A stretch of DNA of 61,302 bases, filler included, from Sphacelaria rigidula (GCA_964200075.2; 9 parts of 9 records of this genome joined end to end with filler, not necessarily neighbours in it); one strand, 5' to 3'; counted from the whole stretch's first letter, positions 1 to 13,546 are shown. Numbers and translations: made by a program. The notes: generated by a model not told the origin, from the sequence alone.

Positions 1-313
1 ATAGAGCAGCTAACCATGCTTTGTATTTAACCGACCATAACACAGCCCGGACATAGACATGAAATAGAGCAGCTAACCATGCTTTTTATTGAACCTACCA
101 TAACACAGCCCGGACATAGATATGAAATAGAGCAGCTAACCATGCTTTGTATTTAACCGACCATAACACAGCCCGGACATAGACATGCAATAGAGAAGCT
201 AACCTTCCTTTTTATTTAACCTACAATAACACAGCCCGGACATAGACATGAAATGGAGAAGCTAACCCTCCCTTTTCTTTAACCTACCCTAACACAGCCC
301 GGACATAGACATC
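1..313. repeat. 63-bp tandem repeat, ~5 copies (runs off contig start)
   Basis: Unit ATAGAGCAGCTAACCATGCTTTGTATTTAACCGACCATAACACAGCCCGGACATAGACATGAA starts at 1, 64, 127, 190, 253. Confidence 0.95.
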
Positions 314-789
314 AAAATGAGTATTTCGCTCCTTGTTGTGTGTGCTCGACATATTGTGAATCCTGAATTTTGTTCTGTGGCGCTGTCATCATGTACCTCA
401 TGACCCCTTTGGTCATCAGCTGTTTCCCCTTCTCCCTACTTGCAGGCGGGTGAAACGCGTCACACACCCAGTGACGTGTCCGGATGCCCGGGTATGGACT
501 ATACACAAGACTTCGACTGCCACTCCTTCGATACGATTTTGACGATTTGCAGTGCCCCCACCAGCTTACACAGCACAGTCCAAACGCCCTTCGACAATAC
601 CCAACATTCATTCTACCCCACGTTTGTATAATTTGGGTCTGATCCGAATGTTTGCTGAAGTTTGACCTTGAATCAACACTCATCATGGGTGGGCAAGTCT
701 AGGATTGCCTCGGTATTTCTTCAACGCGAGTTCGAGTATCTTGCGTACGAACTTGAATATTGAAGTTGAAGTAATAGGTTTTCGGTACA

Positions 790-1390
790 TCGGATCCGGC
801 CTCCGATACTCTACTCAAATTTTGAGTACATTGAGTACGGCCTCAAATACCCTACTCGACGTTTGAGTACGTTGAGTACGGCCTCAAATACTCTACTCGA
901 CGTTTGAGTAGGTCGAGTACGGCCTCCGATACTCTACTCAATTTTTGAGTACGTTGAGTACGACCTCAAATACTCTACTCAAATTTTGAGTAAGCACTCT
1001 CAGTAATACTCGAGTATAGAGTATCACTTGAATATGACCTCAATACTCTTCTCAAAGTTTAAGTACGTTGAGTACGGCCTCAACTACTCTACTCAAATTT
1101 TGAGTACGTTGAGTACGGCCTCCGACACTTTACTCAAATTTTGAGTAGGTCGAGTACGACCTCAAATGCTCTACTCGAATACTGAGTAGGCACTCTCAGT
1201 AATACTCGAGTATAGAGGCTCACTTGAGTATGACCTCACTACTCCACTCAAATTTCGAGCAGACTGAGTATAATATCAAATACTCTACTCGAATAATTGA
1301 GTGGGTTGAGTACGACCTCAAATACTCTACTCAACCTTCGTGTACTAAGAGTATGACTCTTCAAAAATATTGAGTATACGCTACTCGACC
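790..1390. repeat. Degenerate 41-bp tandem repeat (GAGTA/TACTC-rich) with higher-order ~197-bp structure
   Basis: GAGTACG(G/A)CCTC recurs at 833, 874, 915, 956. The block GCACTCTCAGTAATACTCGAGTATAGAG occurs at ~993 and ~1190. Confidence 0.85.
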
Positions 1391-1614
1391 TACCGTTGGA
1401 AAATTCGCAAGGGGCAGGGGGTTTCCCACCTATGAAATTTCCTATTTTCGGTTCCATAAAACATTTCTAGAAACGGCAATTCTTTACTTCTCTTGACACT
1501 ATTCCATCTCTGATCATTTCGAGAGAGTTCGGAAGAACTCCGGATTTTTCATGAAGCCCGAATGAAGCCGACGAAAGCGTCATCCTCTCACCTGGTGAGA
1601 GCCGTTTCGAATGC

Positions 1615-2038
1615 AACACGGGATTTTACAAATTGGAGATGGATTTGGGGGGGGGATGAGAACCCGGAGTATTCAAATCTTCGTATCCACACCAAATCCT
1701 CGAAATATGGCTCCATTTGTTCACTTGCTGGTAGCTATTGACAACTACTACACGCCATACAAATTTGGATTTCGATAACCGAAATGTCCTAAGTGAAAAA
1801 ACAAGCCTGGGGTCCGATCGGATCACCAAAATTCCTCAAAGTAGTTTCTTCGCCTAGGACCCCAACATTTCGGTCATAGGGATGCAAATTTGTATGGCGT
1901 GTATTAGTTGTCAATAGCTACCAGCAAGTGAAGGAATGAAACCATGCTTCGGAGATTTGGTGTGGAAACGAAGATTTCAATCCTCCGGGTTTTTCGTCCT
2001 AAAAAACAAATCCATCCCCAATCTGTAAATCCAGTGTT
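1615..2038. mobile_element. Foldback/MITE-like element with long (~165 bp) inverted arms, copy 1
   Basis: Left arm AACACGGGATTTTAC...ATCTTCGTATCCACACCAAATC...GGTAGCTATTGACAACTACTACACGCCATACAAATTT is the imperfect reverse complement of the right arm AAATTTGTATGGCGTGTATTAGTTGTCAATAGCTACC...GATTTGGTGTGGAAACGAAGAT...GTAAATCCAGTGTT. A related copy lies at ~51000-51450. Confidence 0.8.
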
Positions 2039-3488
2039 ATTGGGGTCTCCATCGAGGGTTTGTGTCAATATCGGAATTCTCTGGATTGTTTCTGAAGGCA
2101 CTTGTGCCGTGAAAATCCTATATTTGTTCCAGCATATATGGAATTTGTACAGCAGAGAACAACCTGCATTCGTTTTTGAAGTTCAACATGTGGGTGAGGT
2201 TCATCTGATCATCGAAATGTCATTTGTTTCGTCCAAAAGGCTCGGGATTCGCAACCGGTTTCGACCATGTAACCCAAACCCAGAATTTTCTGCACGGCAG
2301 CGTAGGCATGATGAGTAGTCCAAAAGAAAAACCGCCGTCGTTGTGCTGCATCTTTTGAGCAGGACCTGCGTCTAAGTGCTACAGAACACGTAACAAAGCA
2401 TGCTGAAAACATAATACTTCTTTGGACTAGTCATCGAGTTTTCGAGCGCCTCTTGCTGAGTATTTGGGAGAGACTTCATACTGTTGCGCCGGCGACGACC
2501 GCCGTCAGCGAAACGATCGAATGCGGCGACAGACACCAGCAATCTTTGAAACGCAGCATGATTCGACCAGCAGTCTGCTGAGATATACCAGCACACCAGA
2601 GTACAGGATCACTACAGTACAGTCGTTAGTTGGATCAAATGGATGCTTCACAATAGAGCTGCACACGCACAACGGGAGTAAGGGTTAGTCCCACTCTTGG
2701 GATTGTTTCGCCAGTAGTACCCATGCGAGGCGCTTCATCCAGTCTGAACCAGCTATCACGCCTTGTACGGCTACTTCCGCCGTGGCTGTGTCGAGAACCG
2801 GTTTCACGGTGGGGCTGTCAAAGGATACTACCGTAGTGCAACGCGCTTGCAAAATACGAGCCGTCTTTTTCATCCCTCCTGACGGTCCCAAACGGGGTCT
2901 AATCCAGCGACGGAAAGTGCTGGCACCCTCGCCCTCAGGTACGATTTGTGACAACATCAGGGTCAGGATTAGACCCCAGGGGAAGTCCTGAAGTAACGGA
3001 TGATTTTCTTGGAAAGCAGTCGTTCATTGTAAGAGGTATAAAGCGTTCAACCAAAAAAATTTGAACAGGGAAACATGTATTACGATACCCCCAAATACTA
3101 TTTTAAATGTTTCATTCCGAGCGATGTGGGTGAACTGCGAAGGCCCTGCGCAGGGGGGGGCGTGATGTCCCTGTGAAAATGCCAGCCGTAACATGTGCTA
3201 CATCATGGAGATGCACACACGAGCTATATGCGCAGGCATGCCCCTGCGACATGGATGTTACAGGGACAAGCCTGTGGGGGTAGCACCTGCCACGGCTATC
3301 GTTTTCACAGGGTTGCAACTGCGAAGTACCTGTGCAGGGATGTCCCCGTGACATCCCTGTGGAGAGCAGTCACGGGTCTACCGCAGGAAACATGCTCGTG
3401 GCCAGCCGAAAGATGTGGGAGTTCACGGGGACGCAACTGAGCTGAGTGTGTGTAACATTGAGGACCCGCACACAGTGGTGCGTAACTT

Positions 3489-3719
3489 GAGGATATTTTC
3501 ATCAAAAAGGTTGACAAGGATACCGTACGTTGTGGAATTTTCGTCGCTGCAAAAATCTCATGAAACCCCAACTCTTTCATGTCTTCTCGTTGAAATCTCA
3601 AGGAGTTACGAGTTCTCCAGGAAAAAGACGCTGGGGACAAGGAAAAGGCGGTCAGCCAAGCCGTCAAAGCTGCAAAGAAGCTCAAGAAGAAGGGGAAGAA
3701 GAAGGGGAAGAAGAAATAG
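3489..3719 (+). other. Possible terminal exons of an unknown gene with a Lys-rich C-terminus
   Basis: EDIFIKKVDKDT (3489-3524), a 78-nt GTACGT...CAAG intron candidate, then ELRVLQEKDAGDKEKAVSQAVKAAKKLKKKGKKKGKKK-stop (3603-3719). Splice phase is consistent. No upstream exons identified. Confidence 0.3.
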
Positions 3720-6442
3720 TGGCACTGTCAACAGTCCACCCTACTGAATAGTTTGAGCGCCGGTAAATGCACACCCTGAATGAATGTAACGATCGATTTT
3801 CACGTGAAGATGATGGCGATTCAAGAGATAGAATGGCGTACGTCTGGATAGCCGACGGCTTAACAATCCATCTTGATGGTGTAAAGTGTGGTTCCGAACG
3901 GTTCATATCGCAGTCTTTGTTCTACAGACTCGATGCTAGGTTGGATAAATCTGATCGAATGTTGGCACTCTCACTCTGGTTAATGCCGTTGGTACGAACG
4001 AATATTGGTGTAAGAAAAACAAAGTCCGAGGAAAGAGCGTGTGTCAACTCAATCAACGCGACGTCAGCACCGTGCCCAGATACATCAAGTACTTCCTGTC
4101 AGCACGTGGTCATCGTGGATGGCCCAGCCCTCCCATGGCTGGTACAATTCCCTGTTCCCACATTGCTGCAAGTACTGTGGGTATTTATGTTGTTATCTGC
4201 TGCTATTACTGGGATTTAGTAATAACTATTGCCATTGTAAAGCTTCCTAGTACCACGTTTTCGCGTGCAAACTGCTTACACTCGCCTTACGCCTGCTGTT
4301 CTATTATGCCACCATCCCTCGCATTCTCGTGTGGACACTACAACGCACTTGTCTTCCTACTCTCAGGGTCAAGTAGACGAGCAAAACACTAAATAAACTT
4401 AAACATGCACACACACACATACTACACGCACGCCGACCGTAAAAGGGAACACCAGAAACTAGTACATGGAACAATCAACACCACCGCGACCACCACGACC
4501 ATCACCCGCAACAGCAACAGCAACACCACTAACAGCACCTACACCACCAACTCCGCACTGGAACGTGAGACAAAGGAAGATACTTGGAATGGAGATGGTA
4601 GGTGTCTCCAGATTATACTACACACGCGACGAAGCAAAACAACATCGAGTGGGCTGAATTCAAGTAGACCATTGTCCATACCGCAATATTGCGGCGACAC
4701 GTAACTTCCCTTACCGACCGCGGCTTGGCGTACTTCAGTCACCGAGGCTGCAAGCCTCCCCTGCCCTTCCCCCTTCCACCTCCTCTTCCAGCAGGGCAAG
4801 GATTTTCATCAACGTAATCAGAACCCATGACCACAAGAAAAGTGACGCGTGGCTTGTGCAGTATCGCAAGTCAGCGAGCGTCGTCCCCTGTGTTCACGTC
4901 CCAAATGTTTCGACCACGTAGTCCTTCCTGCCAGCGGTTTGTGGTGGGAGAGGTTCGATGTCCATAAGTAGATATATGTGGAAATACCAACTCAATCAAT
5001 GAGGGTTACCCCCCCAAAAGACACCACAGTGGTTCATACTTCACAACACGAGCACATACCCCTGACTCCCCCCCTTCTTCTTTCTCTTCTTCTCTCGCTT
5101 ACTTCAGCGAAAAGTCGGAAAGACTAAATGTGCCACACCATCCAGAGAGCAGGGGGGAAAGAGGAGGGGGGGAAAACTGACGACAAAAGAAATGAAACAA
5201 GAAACCACGGTTCACTGGGTGCACACATGAATCTTCTCCTAGTTTATATTTGTCTGCTCGATCCCCTCCCTCTCCCTCTCTGGAAATATTCTCACTATCC
5301 CAGCCCTGATCGTACTCGGGGAAAAAAAGGATCCGCAAGGCGTATCCGTCTCCAACTATCTGTACACACATGCGCTCGTGTGCGCGAGGTCTCTCAAAGG
5401 ATACGACGCCGGAAAAAAATAAACAAGGACCGTTCGGTGAGGAGACAAGAGAGACAGGGAGCCGAATGACAGCAACAGAAACAAAGGAAACATCACCACC
5501 GATGGCGCCGACAAAATAACATGTGGCCCGCATGCAATAGAAACAGGGAAACAATAAAAAAAAACCACACAAACTATACTTTCCAGGTGTGGAGCTACGA
5601 ACCATACACTACAAAATACGTGGTAATACTCATTTATATATTGCTACAATCTTTGCCCCCTCCCCTTCGGAGGGATGAGTCCGTGGTCTTAGGGGGATCA
5701 CCCCATCTCTCCCCCAGTACACGCCTTACAATTTGCTATCGCGGATTGGATCATGGCTATCAGCACTCCCGCACCCGCGTCGACTCTTGCCGAATAAACT
5801 CTTGGCTACTTCCGCCCGCACGCTTCCCTCGGCGGAAGATCAGAATCTTCAGCAGTGTGTGCCGGCGATCGAACCGGAATTTTTCGGCGCTACTGGCTTT
5901 CAGTCGTACCACTAAATCAAACACAGGTACATACAAACATACATAAAGACACAAATATCCTTTGTTCCTCGGAACGCATTAAGTCGAATGTTCTTCTGCT
6001 GTTTGTTTTGTCATAGCTCCTAGAGGTGGCTATAGTGGGTTCGTCGAGTCACGCCAAACAAAATGGAAAAAGAAAAACAGAAGATACACACGCGCACACA
6101 CACGCGCGCGCAGAAAAGCGTGGCAATCCCTCGCAAACGTGTGCGCCGAGCGAAACTCTCGCATGACTGGACCCAATCATGTAGTGGACTAAACACACCT
6201 CGAATCAAAGCACGGTGGATGAAATCAAATAGTCAACAGTGTACGTACGTCCTTCTGAAAATCCCACCTTTTGACCAGTGCTTTCGTAAGACACACCCAA
6301 TTCCTGCTTCATACAGCCCACACACACAGGCACACCCGCAGTTCCTGCCTCATGAAAACGGTGATGACATGCATCATCACTACGCGGTAAAATCAGTCGA
6401 CAGCCTACGTTTTTCCAAGGCGGCCCACTCCCAGCATGCGCG

Positions 6443-6723
6443 AGGGCTCGAATTGCGTGCTGGAAAGACTTCCCGTCTTTCGATGTAGCCATCGACCATG
6501 TACATAAATAATGCACAACCTCGAAGGTGGGCCACATTTACTGTGCTGTACCGTGAACGCCTGCACAAGAAACAATTTTTGGCTTGTGTGGAAGGACTGG
6601 AAACCGGGTCAAGGAGAAGCAAGAACGCACGAGGCTACAAGTCTCCAATCAGCACCTGGACCGAGTTGCAATGCCATCTCATTATCACAGGGAAGTACAC
6701 GCTTCCCTCGACACGCTGCCGCC
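6443..6723 (+). pseudogene. Possible decayed Mutator/MULE transposase N-terminal fragment
   Basis: With two 1-nt frameshifts it reads GLELRAGK(T)FPSFDVAIDHVHK(Y)AQPRRWATFTVLYRERLHKKQFLAC, resembling the L-x-x-G-x-x-F-x-S...YA...C pattern of MuDR/FAR1 DNA-binding domains. Cut by the contig end. Confidence 0.3.
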
Positions 6724-6823
6724 NNNNNNNNNNNNNNNNNNNNNNNNNNNNNNNNNNNNNNNNNNNNTTAATTAATTAANNNNNNNNNNNNNNNNNNNNN
6801 NNNNNNNNNNNNNNNNNNNNNNN
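6724..6823. other. Artificial contig spacer N44-TTAATTAATTAA-N44 (also at 13547-13646, 20370-20469, 27193-27292, 34015-34114, 40837-40936, 47659-47758, 54481-54580)
   Basis: Identical 100-nt spacers containing a six-frame stop linker, spaced 6823 or 6822 nt apart. Confidence 0.99.
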
Positions 6824-8804
6824 CGCCGTGGTGTGTTCGGCGAGTCGCATGAAGGGTGAGCTGCATCCTGCTAGTGGGAGGGGGGGGGGAGTATCAACAA
6901 ACGCAGACAAAACTTCATGATGAAACATTTTAGTCAGTGCCAGCACTTTACGGTTAGACGAATCATTGGACTCATCTGATTGATGGACAGATAGATAGCT
7001 GTACATTAAGCCATCGACCACGAATCCATCCCGCCGCGACCACGAGTCAAAATAAAGACAAACGTAAGCGAGGCAACACACGAGAAGAAACTCGAGGAAC
7101 CGAGGTAGATGCGAAGAACAGGCAGGCGCAAAGCTACGAACTAGCACCGATCCCTGGAGAATGACCGTGACAAGGCCCTTCTTTCTCGGGCTTTAGGTAA
7201 GGAGGCCCTACGAGAGCGAGCCTGTGCAGCCAGATGACGACTCAACTGTCTAGACAACACAATAGTTAAGCAGGAGCTCTCGAGCTTCAAACTTTGGGGA
7301 AAAGGTGTCTTTTTCTTTACACAATTACTCCTGACTGCTCTTGCAGGAAGTAACGACTCTCTTACTCTCCGCGATCAAGAGCTTCGACAGCTATTCGTGT
7401 GTGAAGGAGTCGAAATAACCACCGTCGTTGAACTCCTCAGTCGCGACCTCTGACGAAGTCGACCTCCGAAAGAACCACTAAAAGTATGGATAAAACAACC
7501 ATTGTGGGTAAGCAACATTATACAACCGTGATTTGGAGTTTTTTTCTTCATTACAGAGCTTCGGAAAAATGCTTTTTTTGTCATTTAAGAGCGCAAATAT
7601 CTCAGGATCATAGTGTAACGAAAATTTATTTTCCCCTCCGTCAAATGTGGTATTCCCCCAACTTTTTTCGATTAGTTTTTTTTCGATTCTGCACTTCGAT
7701 CCTGAGATATTTGCACTCTGAAGCCGTTTTCCGAAACCCTCCATTAGGTGAAATGACAAAAAAAGCGTTTTCCGAACCTCTCTACTAGGAGGCGGTGCTC
7801 ACAAAGAGAGAAGCTGCCCAGCCACAGCATTAGGGTCAACTGTGTTGAAGGTCTACCGGAAAGTTTGATTTCGAAATAGGGCTTTGTGCCCAGAGGGTCA
7901 CTACGCTCCACTCACTCGATTCTTGGACCGACCGCCTCAATTGATCCATTGTGTGACTGTAGCACACTAATTGATCACCAAGGTATCCAGCCGCGGCCAC
8001 AAGGTCCACGTACCCGAAGTGGACAAGATGGAAAGACTCGCTGAAGGAAAATTGAAAAAAGGGAAATGTGAGAAAATGAAGATAGAACGAAGTCCTCAGC
8101 TGAACAACAAGAACGTGAATGGAAAGCAAGCAGAAGACAAAAAAAAATGAAAGGAAGGAGAACAAGAACAATACCCGCTGCCCAATGAAAGAAAAAAATG
8201 GAGGTGACGTATAAGGAGCAAGAAATGACCGGTCCCGGCAGCGGCAAGGACGAAAAATGAAACGACCGTACGAAAATAAACGAGGAAGTGCTATGGGAGC
8301 TACTTGGGAATCGCACTCTTTGGGCATGAACATTTATTCACCACGGGTTCTACACAGGTGAGACACAAACACCGTAGAATTGATTGATTGATGTATATCG
8401 GGGGAGAGATAGGATAATCCCATGAGAACACGGGCTCGTCCCGAGGAGGGGGAGGGGTTCAAAGGGCGAAAGAAAAAAAATCTCGCACGGTAACTGATAG
8501 CTGAGAAATCCATCTGTGCCAAAAACATGAAACATCACTCAAGGCAAACACAACGAATCCCTTGAGAAAAAACAAACAAACGAGTAGATTTGATGGCATC
8601 AACATGTCATATTCGACATATTGTCTCTGCACTCATGTCGTGTACGCCGGGAAAGCAGATCGAAAGCGCCCTCCCACTGTTGAAGGTCGTCGCTCCCAGG
8701 TTTACCACCCCCCCTTTCACCTGGGGTACCTCCCATTCACCCCTAGTACTCCCCCCGTCCCTCGGGTTTTCCCCCTTAACCCCGTTTCATCGCTAGAATA
8801 CTCA

Positions 8805-9223
8805 CTAGGTCGACTCCCTGCTGTTGTCTCAACCGACGCGAGCGACAGGACAGACCCCGCGCTGAACTTGTCATAGCCAGAAGGAAACAGGGAGGTGCTC
8901 GACCCCTGCGGGGTGGGTAACGCCGCCCCGGACCCGCGGTCCACCGAAGAGTTCATTGCGGCAACGTCCGGGATGGTGGTCGAGGGGAACGTCGCGGTTT
9001 GTGTCTGCGATCCTGATTGCTGTTGCTGTCGCTGCTGCTGGTGCCGTTGGGGCGGCGGAGACGGTCGCAAGCTAGCGTTGTCCTCATCGTCGTCGTTGGC
9101 CTGAACCGGTTGAGAGATCGAGGGAAGAAGAGAGAGAGAGAGAGAACGACGAAAAATTAAAAAAGAGGAAGACAGCGCAGCAAACGCCGCAAGTGTACTT
9201 GGCACACCGTGCGAAAAAAACAC
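8805..9223 (-). pseudogene. Exon-like fragment, paralogous to 10141-10320 (YDKFSAGS motif)
   Basis: Low-complexity Q/P/S-rich peptide ending ...SLFPSGYDKFSAGSVLSLASV..., with a GTGAGT donor candidate near 8804. Shares GACCCC(G/A)CGCTGAACTT(G/A)TC with ~10190. Confidence 0.3.
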
Positions 9224-10140
9224 GCGCCGAAATAAAAAAATAAAAACGCGGGTAGAGGGAGAGTACGAGTGTGACGGGTACCCAATATTGTATCACGCGA
9301 GGTCAACACGACAAAATATAACATGACCCCCGCCCCGACCCACAGGCCACGGCGCAATGCGCATCCTCACGAACTAGGGTCCTTCAGATACAGGTAAGGG
9401 TGCCTACGGGGTGCCGTCGCTGGATACTACATACCTGCGACAGGCCAGGAAAAGAAAGGGACGGACCGGACTGGACCGGACCGGACAATCAACTATACCA
9501 TGGCGTGTGTGTCATCCTGAAACACATTCTACGGTAGAAAGGCAATGCTTTTCGGGTCGATGTACAACGCTCAGCAGGAGGAAGCCTCTTCTGGAGAATG
9601 ACTCTCTTCGGTATGTTCGTCAGGAGTGCTACAAACGTATGCACGTTGGGGGCGGGATCGCACAGCGAGGTAACGAGATATTATGCAACGTGCGCAAACA
9701 ACCCTACGACCTGAACATTGCAGAATCTCGTATGTCGTAGAGCTGACGCACCGGTATGATTAGTACGGGGATATCCACGAAGAACATATGTGACATAGGT
9801 CACCATACTGTTTCAGAGTCCGTCCCTCCACTAAACGCTAGAGCTTACAAAAGTCACATACTGTTACGGAACGGTGCACACTGCATGGAGATTATCCTTC
9901 CAGGTCTATGTTTAGGTACAAAACTTCACTATTACCGTTGGGCGAACCCATGACATTCGGCAGTCGAAACCCTAGGACCTCGGAGATACTCACTATTATC
10001 GAAAGCCGGTACCTCAGATAACTTGCGATGCTCGATGCTGCCAATAACCTAAAAAACGGTGTTCACCTGAGACACATCATCATAACCTGGGGGACCTTCG
10101 TTAAGCAGTGGGGAACTGATACGGCAGTGAATATGGTTAC

Positions 10141-10320
10141 CTTGGTTGTCCTGAGAAGCGACGCCTGCGAGCCCTGGGATATCAAAGACCCCACGCTGAA
10201 CTTATCGTAATCCCCAGCCTCCGAAGAAAATACCGATGACTGCTGCGGCGGCGGGGGCGGCGGCTGCCGCTGCGATGTGGGCATCGTGTACGAATTTCCC
10301 GACGGGGAGCGGTCTTCCAC
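10141..10320 (-). pseudogene. Exon-like fragment resembling a protein kinase N-lobe start (degenerate Gly-rich loop)
   Basis: ...PPPPQQSSVFSSEAGDYDKFSVGSLISQGSQASLLRTTK followed by the donor AAG|GTAACC. No further kinase motifs found on this contig. Confidence 0.3.
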
Positions 10321-11432
10321 GCATAGGACAGGATATATCAGATCAACGAAGGGCAGATTCGTTAAGATGGGACCAGAACATGAGATCGGAGAAGATCAGA
10401 TCAGGATAGATGGGAAAAGAAGAGGTGAGACAAGACAAGGGAAGATCATAACAGGAAGAACAGGCGATCAAAATATACGCATACACAGATGAACAGAACG
10501 ACAGAAAATCGGCGTAATTGCACAGTTCTTTCATCAACACCATACAAAACTCAAACGGTAAGAATAATCATTACACCAGTATCCGACTAGCACCCGACAA
10601 TACAAAACCCCTACAAACAAAAAACGTGACGGGATAATCAGTGTATCATCACCCAACTGTATCTTCCTGCAGCATATACTGTGCTCTAGATTATTCTGTG
10701 CTGCTTTTGCGCGAGTTTGCTCGGCACGATCGGGGAAGCTCTCCCTCAACTCTGCCTCATCTATTGCCGGAAACGTTGTATGGTGTTCTCTATATGCCAC
10801 AAATGTATACTCTAGAATATATATATTCTCTATGCCACAGTACGCGCATGCCATCAACTTCCCCAGCGACGAAGCGGCATGTACGTGTGCGAAACACCAA
10901 AACCTCATCCAATGGAAAATTTGGAACGAAATACAAGCAAATTTGGAACGGAGGGTGGCTAGGATAGGGTACGCCGTCGGGTACCCATGTATTTCAAGTA
11001 CACAGTGGACTCTACAATACTTGGGGCATAGATTGTCTGAAATACGCGAGTGCTCTAGCTTCTGCAGGGATCAATCGGCGGAAATACCCGGCAATCATCC
11101 AGAGTACCGGGGGGGGGGGGGAGGGATTCAGAGTCCAGGGTTCCCGGGGGGAGGGCATCGTTGNNNNNNNNNNAAGGAGGAAACAAGGGACGAACAACGC
11201 CGGAATCAACCGGGGGGGGGGGGGGGGGGGGGGAGGGATTCAGAGTCCAGGGTTCCCGAGGGTATGCCCTCCTTGAAGCACCTTTGCAAAAATTGAAACT
11301 CCGTGCAGTCGATATTCCTAACCCTATGTGGACAGAATTCGATACTTTGGGTTCGCCGAATGTGAAACTCCATGCATTTCAAGTTTGAAACACTATATAG
11401 AAAGAACTCGTTCGAAAAAAATACGTTCGCCA

Positions 11433-11575
11433 AGGGGGGGTGTACTTATGATCATGCATGCGATAGTCATAAGACCATTGACCTCGCATCCCTACAGAAG
11501 CCAGGACGTAGCACGCTGGGTTTCCGCCGGACCAGGCTCGTCCACAAAGGGAGGGGAAGGATAACGATCCACCCC
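11433..11575 (+). repeat. Dispersed repeat family starting poly-G-TGTACT(T/C)ATGATCATGCATGC
   Basis: Related copies at 20994-21170 (+), 46265-46323 (-), contig ends 40816-40836 and ~47605-47658. A downstream part is also present at 6824-6875. Confidence 0.8.
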
Positions 11576-13499
11576 ACACTTTCTATGCCATAGTCATGAG
11601 TACACCACACTTTCTATCGATGTTGTATTACCAACAGAAAAGGAACAGATACCGACCGACCCTGAGCCAGCTTTTTCTTTCATCTGAGTATGTCGAAGCA
11701 CAGCTGTACGCGTGGTGCTCGGTGTGGTGCTCAGCGGGGGTAGATAAGCACAGCTGCACGTGTGATGCTCAGCGAGCAGGGTGGGTAGCTCGTGGTAGGT
11801 AATGCGGATGAAAACAATCGCAAGCATAGGGCGATGCTCAGCGAGCAGGGTAACCACTCGGAGAACACGATGCGCCATGCGACCGTTAGAGCACGCGATT
11901 CCGCCGCGCGCGCTCACAGCGGACCACCAGCATACGGTCTCGACAAGGATGCCGTCGCGTTCGACGAAGCTCTCGAAAAGGAGAGCTACCCGTGGAGTGC
12001 GTGGAAAATAAGCAGGCGATACCAGGAGCATGAGCAGGATGCCCGCTAGACCTGCGCGTCTGAGGAAGACCCAGACTCGGGCGCGTCGGAGACGTACAAT
12101 CTATCAGCAGCGGACGTGAGGCGGGGGCAACCAGCCCCAAGTGATGAGGAATGAGACAGCTAAAACGGCGGTCACTGGTGTTTCTTTTTCGGTTGAGTGT
12201 GTGCAGTTCACGCGCTCGTAGGGAAATCTCTTGAGCATACAACGGTGTTATGCCCTGAAGGGCCGGGCTTCGTTTCGGAACATTATTTTTGACCGTGGAT
12301 ATGCCCAACAACGAACTGTACCCAAACGTCTATACAGCGTGCGGTACAGACAGTGCTACACTGTGCCGCATCGGCTGTAGTGACTGCATAAATTACGATT
12401 TAGATGTCCGTTTGCATACAGTAGTACAGCATCTGTGCTAAAAATACTTGGAAAAACGTGCAGTGCAGGCTGTACTGTCTGTACCGTCTGCATAATGTAG
12501 TATGGCATTTCTTCGGACGAAATATATTGCCACTGCGGTGCAGCGGCAGTGCAGAGGAGATGAGGAGCGAAGGTGACCCCACAACCGCTGTCTGGAGGCC
12601 ATTGTTTTCCTGTGTTTTGGGCGATATGTTGTGCGACAAAGCACGGTGATTCTGCGCTTAACGTAAATCCCGTTATCACCAACTTACTTCCGATAACACC
12701 CCCTTACGCGGAAATCTAGAGCCCCAAAACCCTCACCCGCGTAATACGGCGTTTTCAATCTGGGCGAAGTTGCCGCTTTTTGTGCATTTTTTCGGTGTTC
12801 ATGTAGGGTCCACCCGACGGCTCTGTCGCCAAAAAGGGCCGCAAATATATTGACCAATGAGGTTGTCGCATTTTGCGTAGCAACACGCAACGCGCGGCGA
12901 GCGGGGCGTCACTGCCAGGTGACAGAAATGCTGTCGAAGACGACCCAGCACGAGGGGTCGCTCCTCCACCGGCAGGTCCAAACTCCACCGGTGAGCAAAA
13001 TTTGTATCTCCGCATGATGCGAACAGTAGTAGTTGCACGTTTCATTCAGGCAGCAGCCGTGCACTGCTTACTGAAGGCAAACGAACGTGAGAAGCTGATA
13101 CTTTTCGGCCCCCGGACTGAGCGTTGAGTCCATTCTTCCCTCGATCCCGGCTACAACACCAGGAGGCGGATCATCAGGTCCAAGCCCCAAGCCGACACGT
13201 GCTCACGGGAGCATAGCTGCTGGCGAAGACAACGCATCTCCGGTGCCAAATTAGGTGAGGTGACTCTGGGCTGTCACCCTTACCCCGCATTATTTTCTCA
13301 ATCTCGGCATTTTGATTTGTTTGTTTTCATCCTGCCGGCGCTAAAGTTTGTCACCAACGAACATCCGCGAGAGCGCACGAACGGAACGCACGCGCTACAC
13401 AGCAACACGAAGCGAATGCCGTCTCATTCATGCCAAGCTTTCAAGGGCACGGCCAGTATGCGGGAACTGCGGAACTGCTTCGTTCCACGTAGTGTTTAC

Positions 13500-13546
13500 A
13501 TGGTGAGACACCCATGAGGCAGTGTATAAGCTGTGGCTGTCTCAGG
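13500..13546 (+). repeat. Repeat at contig end (same sequence at 20303-20369)
   Basis: ATGGTGAGACACCCATGAGGCAGTGTATAA(G/C)CTGTGGCTGTCTC terminates two independent contigs. Confidence 0.85.

Noticed and set aside
11080..11260. Direct repeat around a 10-N gap
   Set aside because: Poly-G-associated duplicate flanking a scaffold gap; probably an assembly artefact.
11790..12140. Possible exon (GNADENNRKH...QEHEQDAR*)
   Set aside because: In-frame stop, no recognisable domain and no partner exons.
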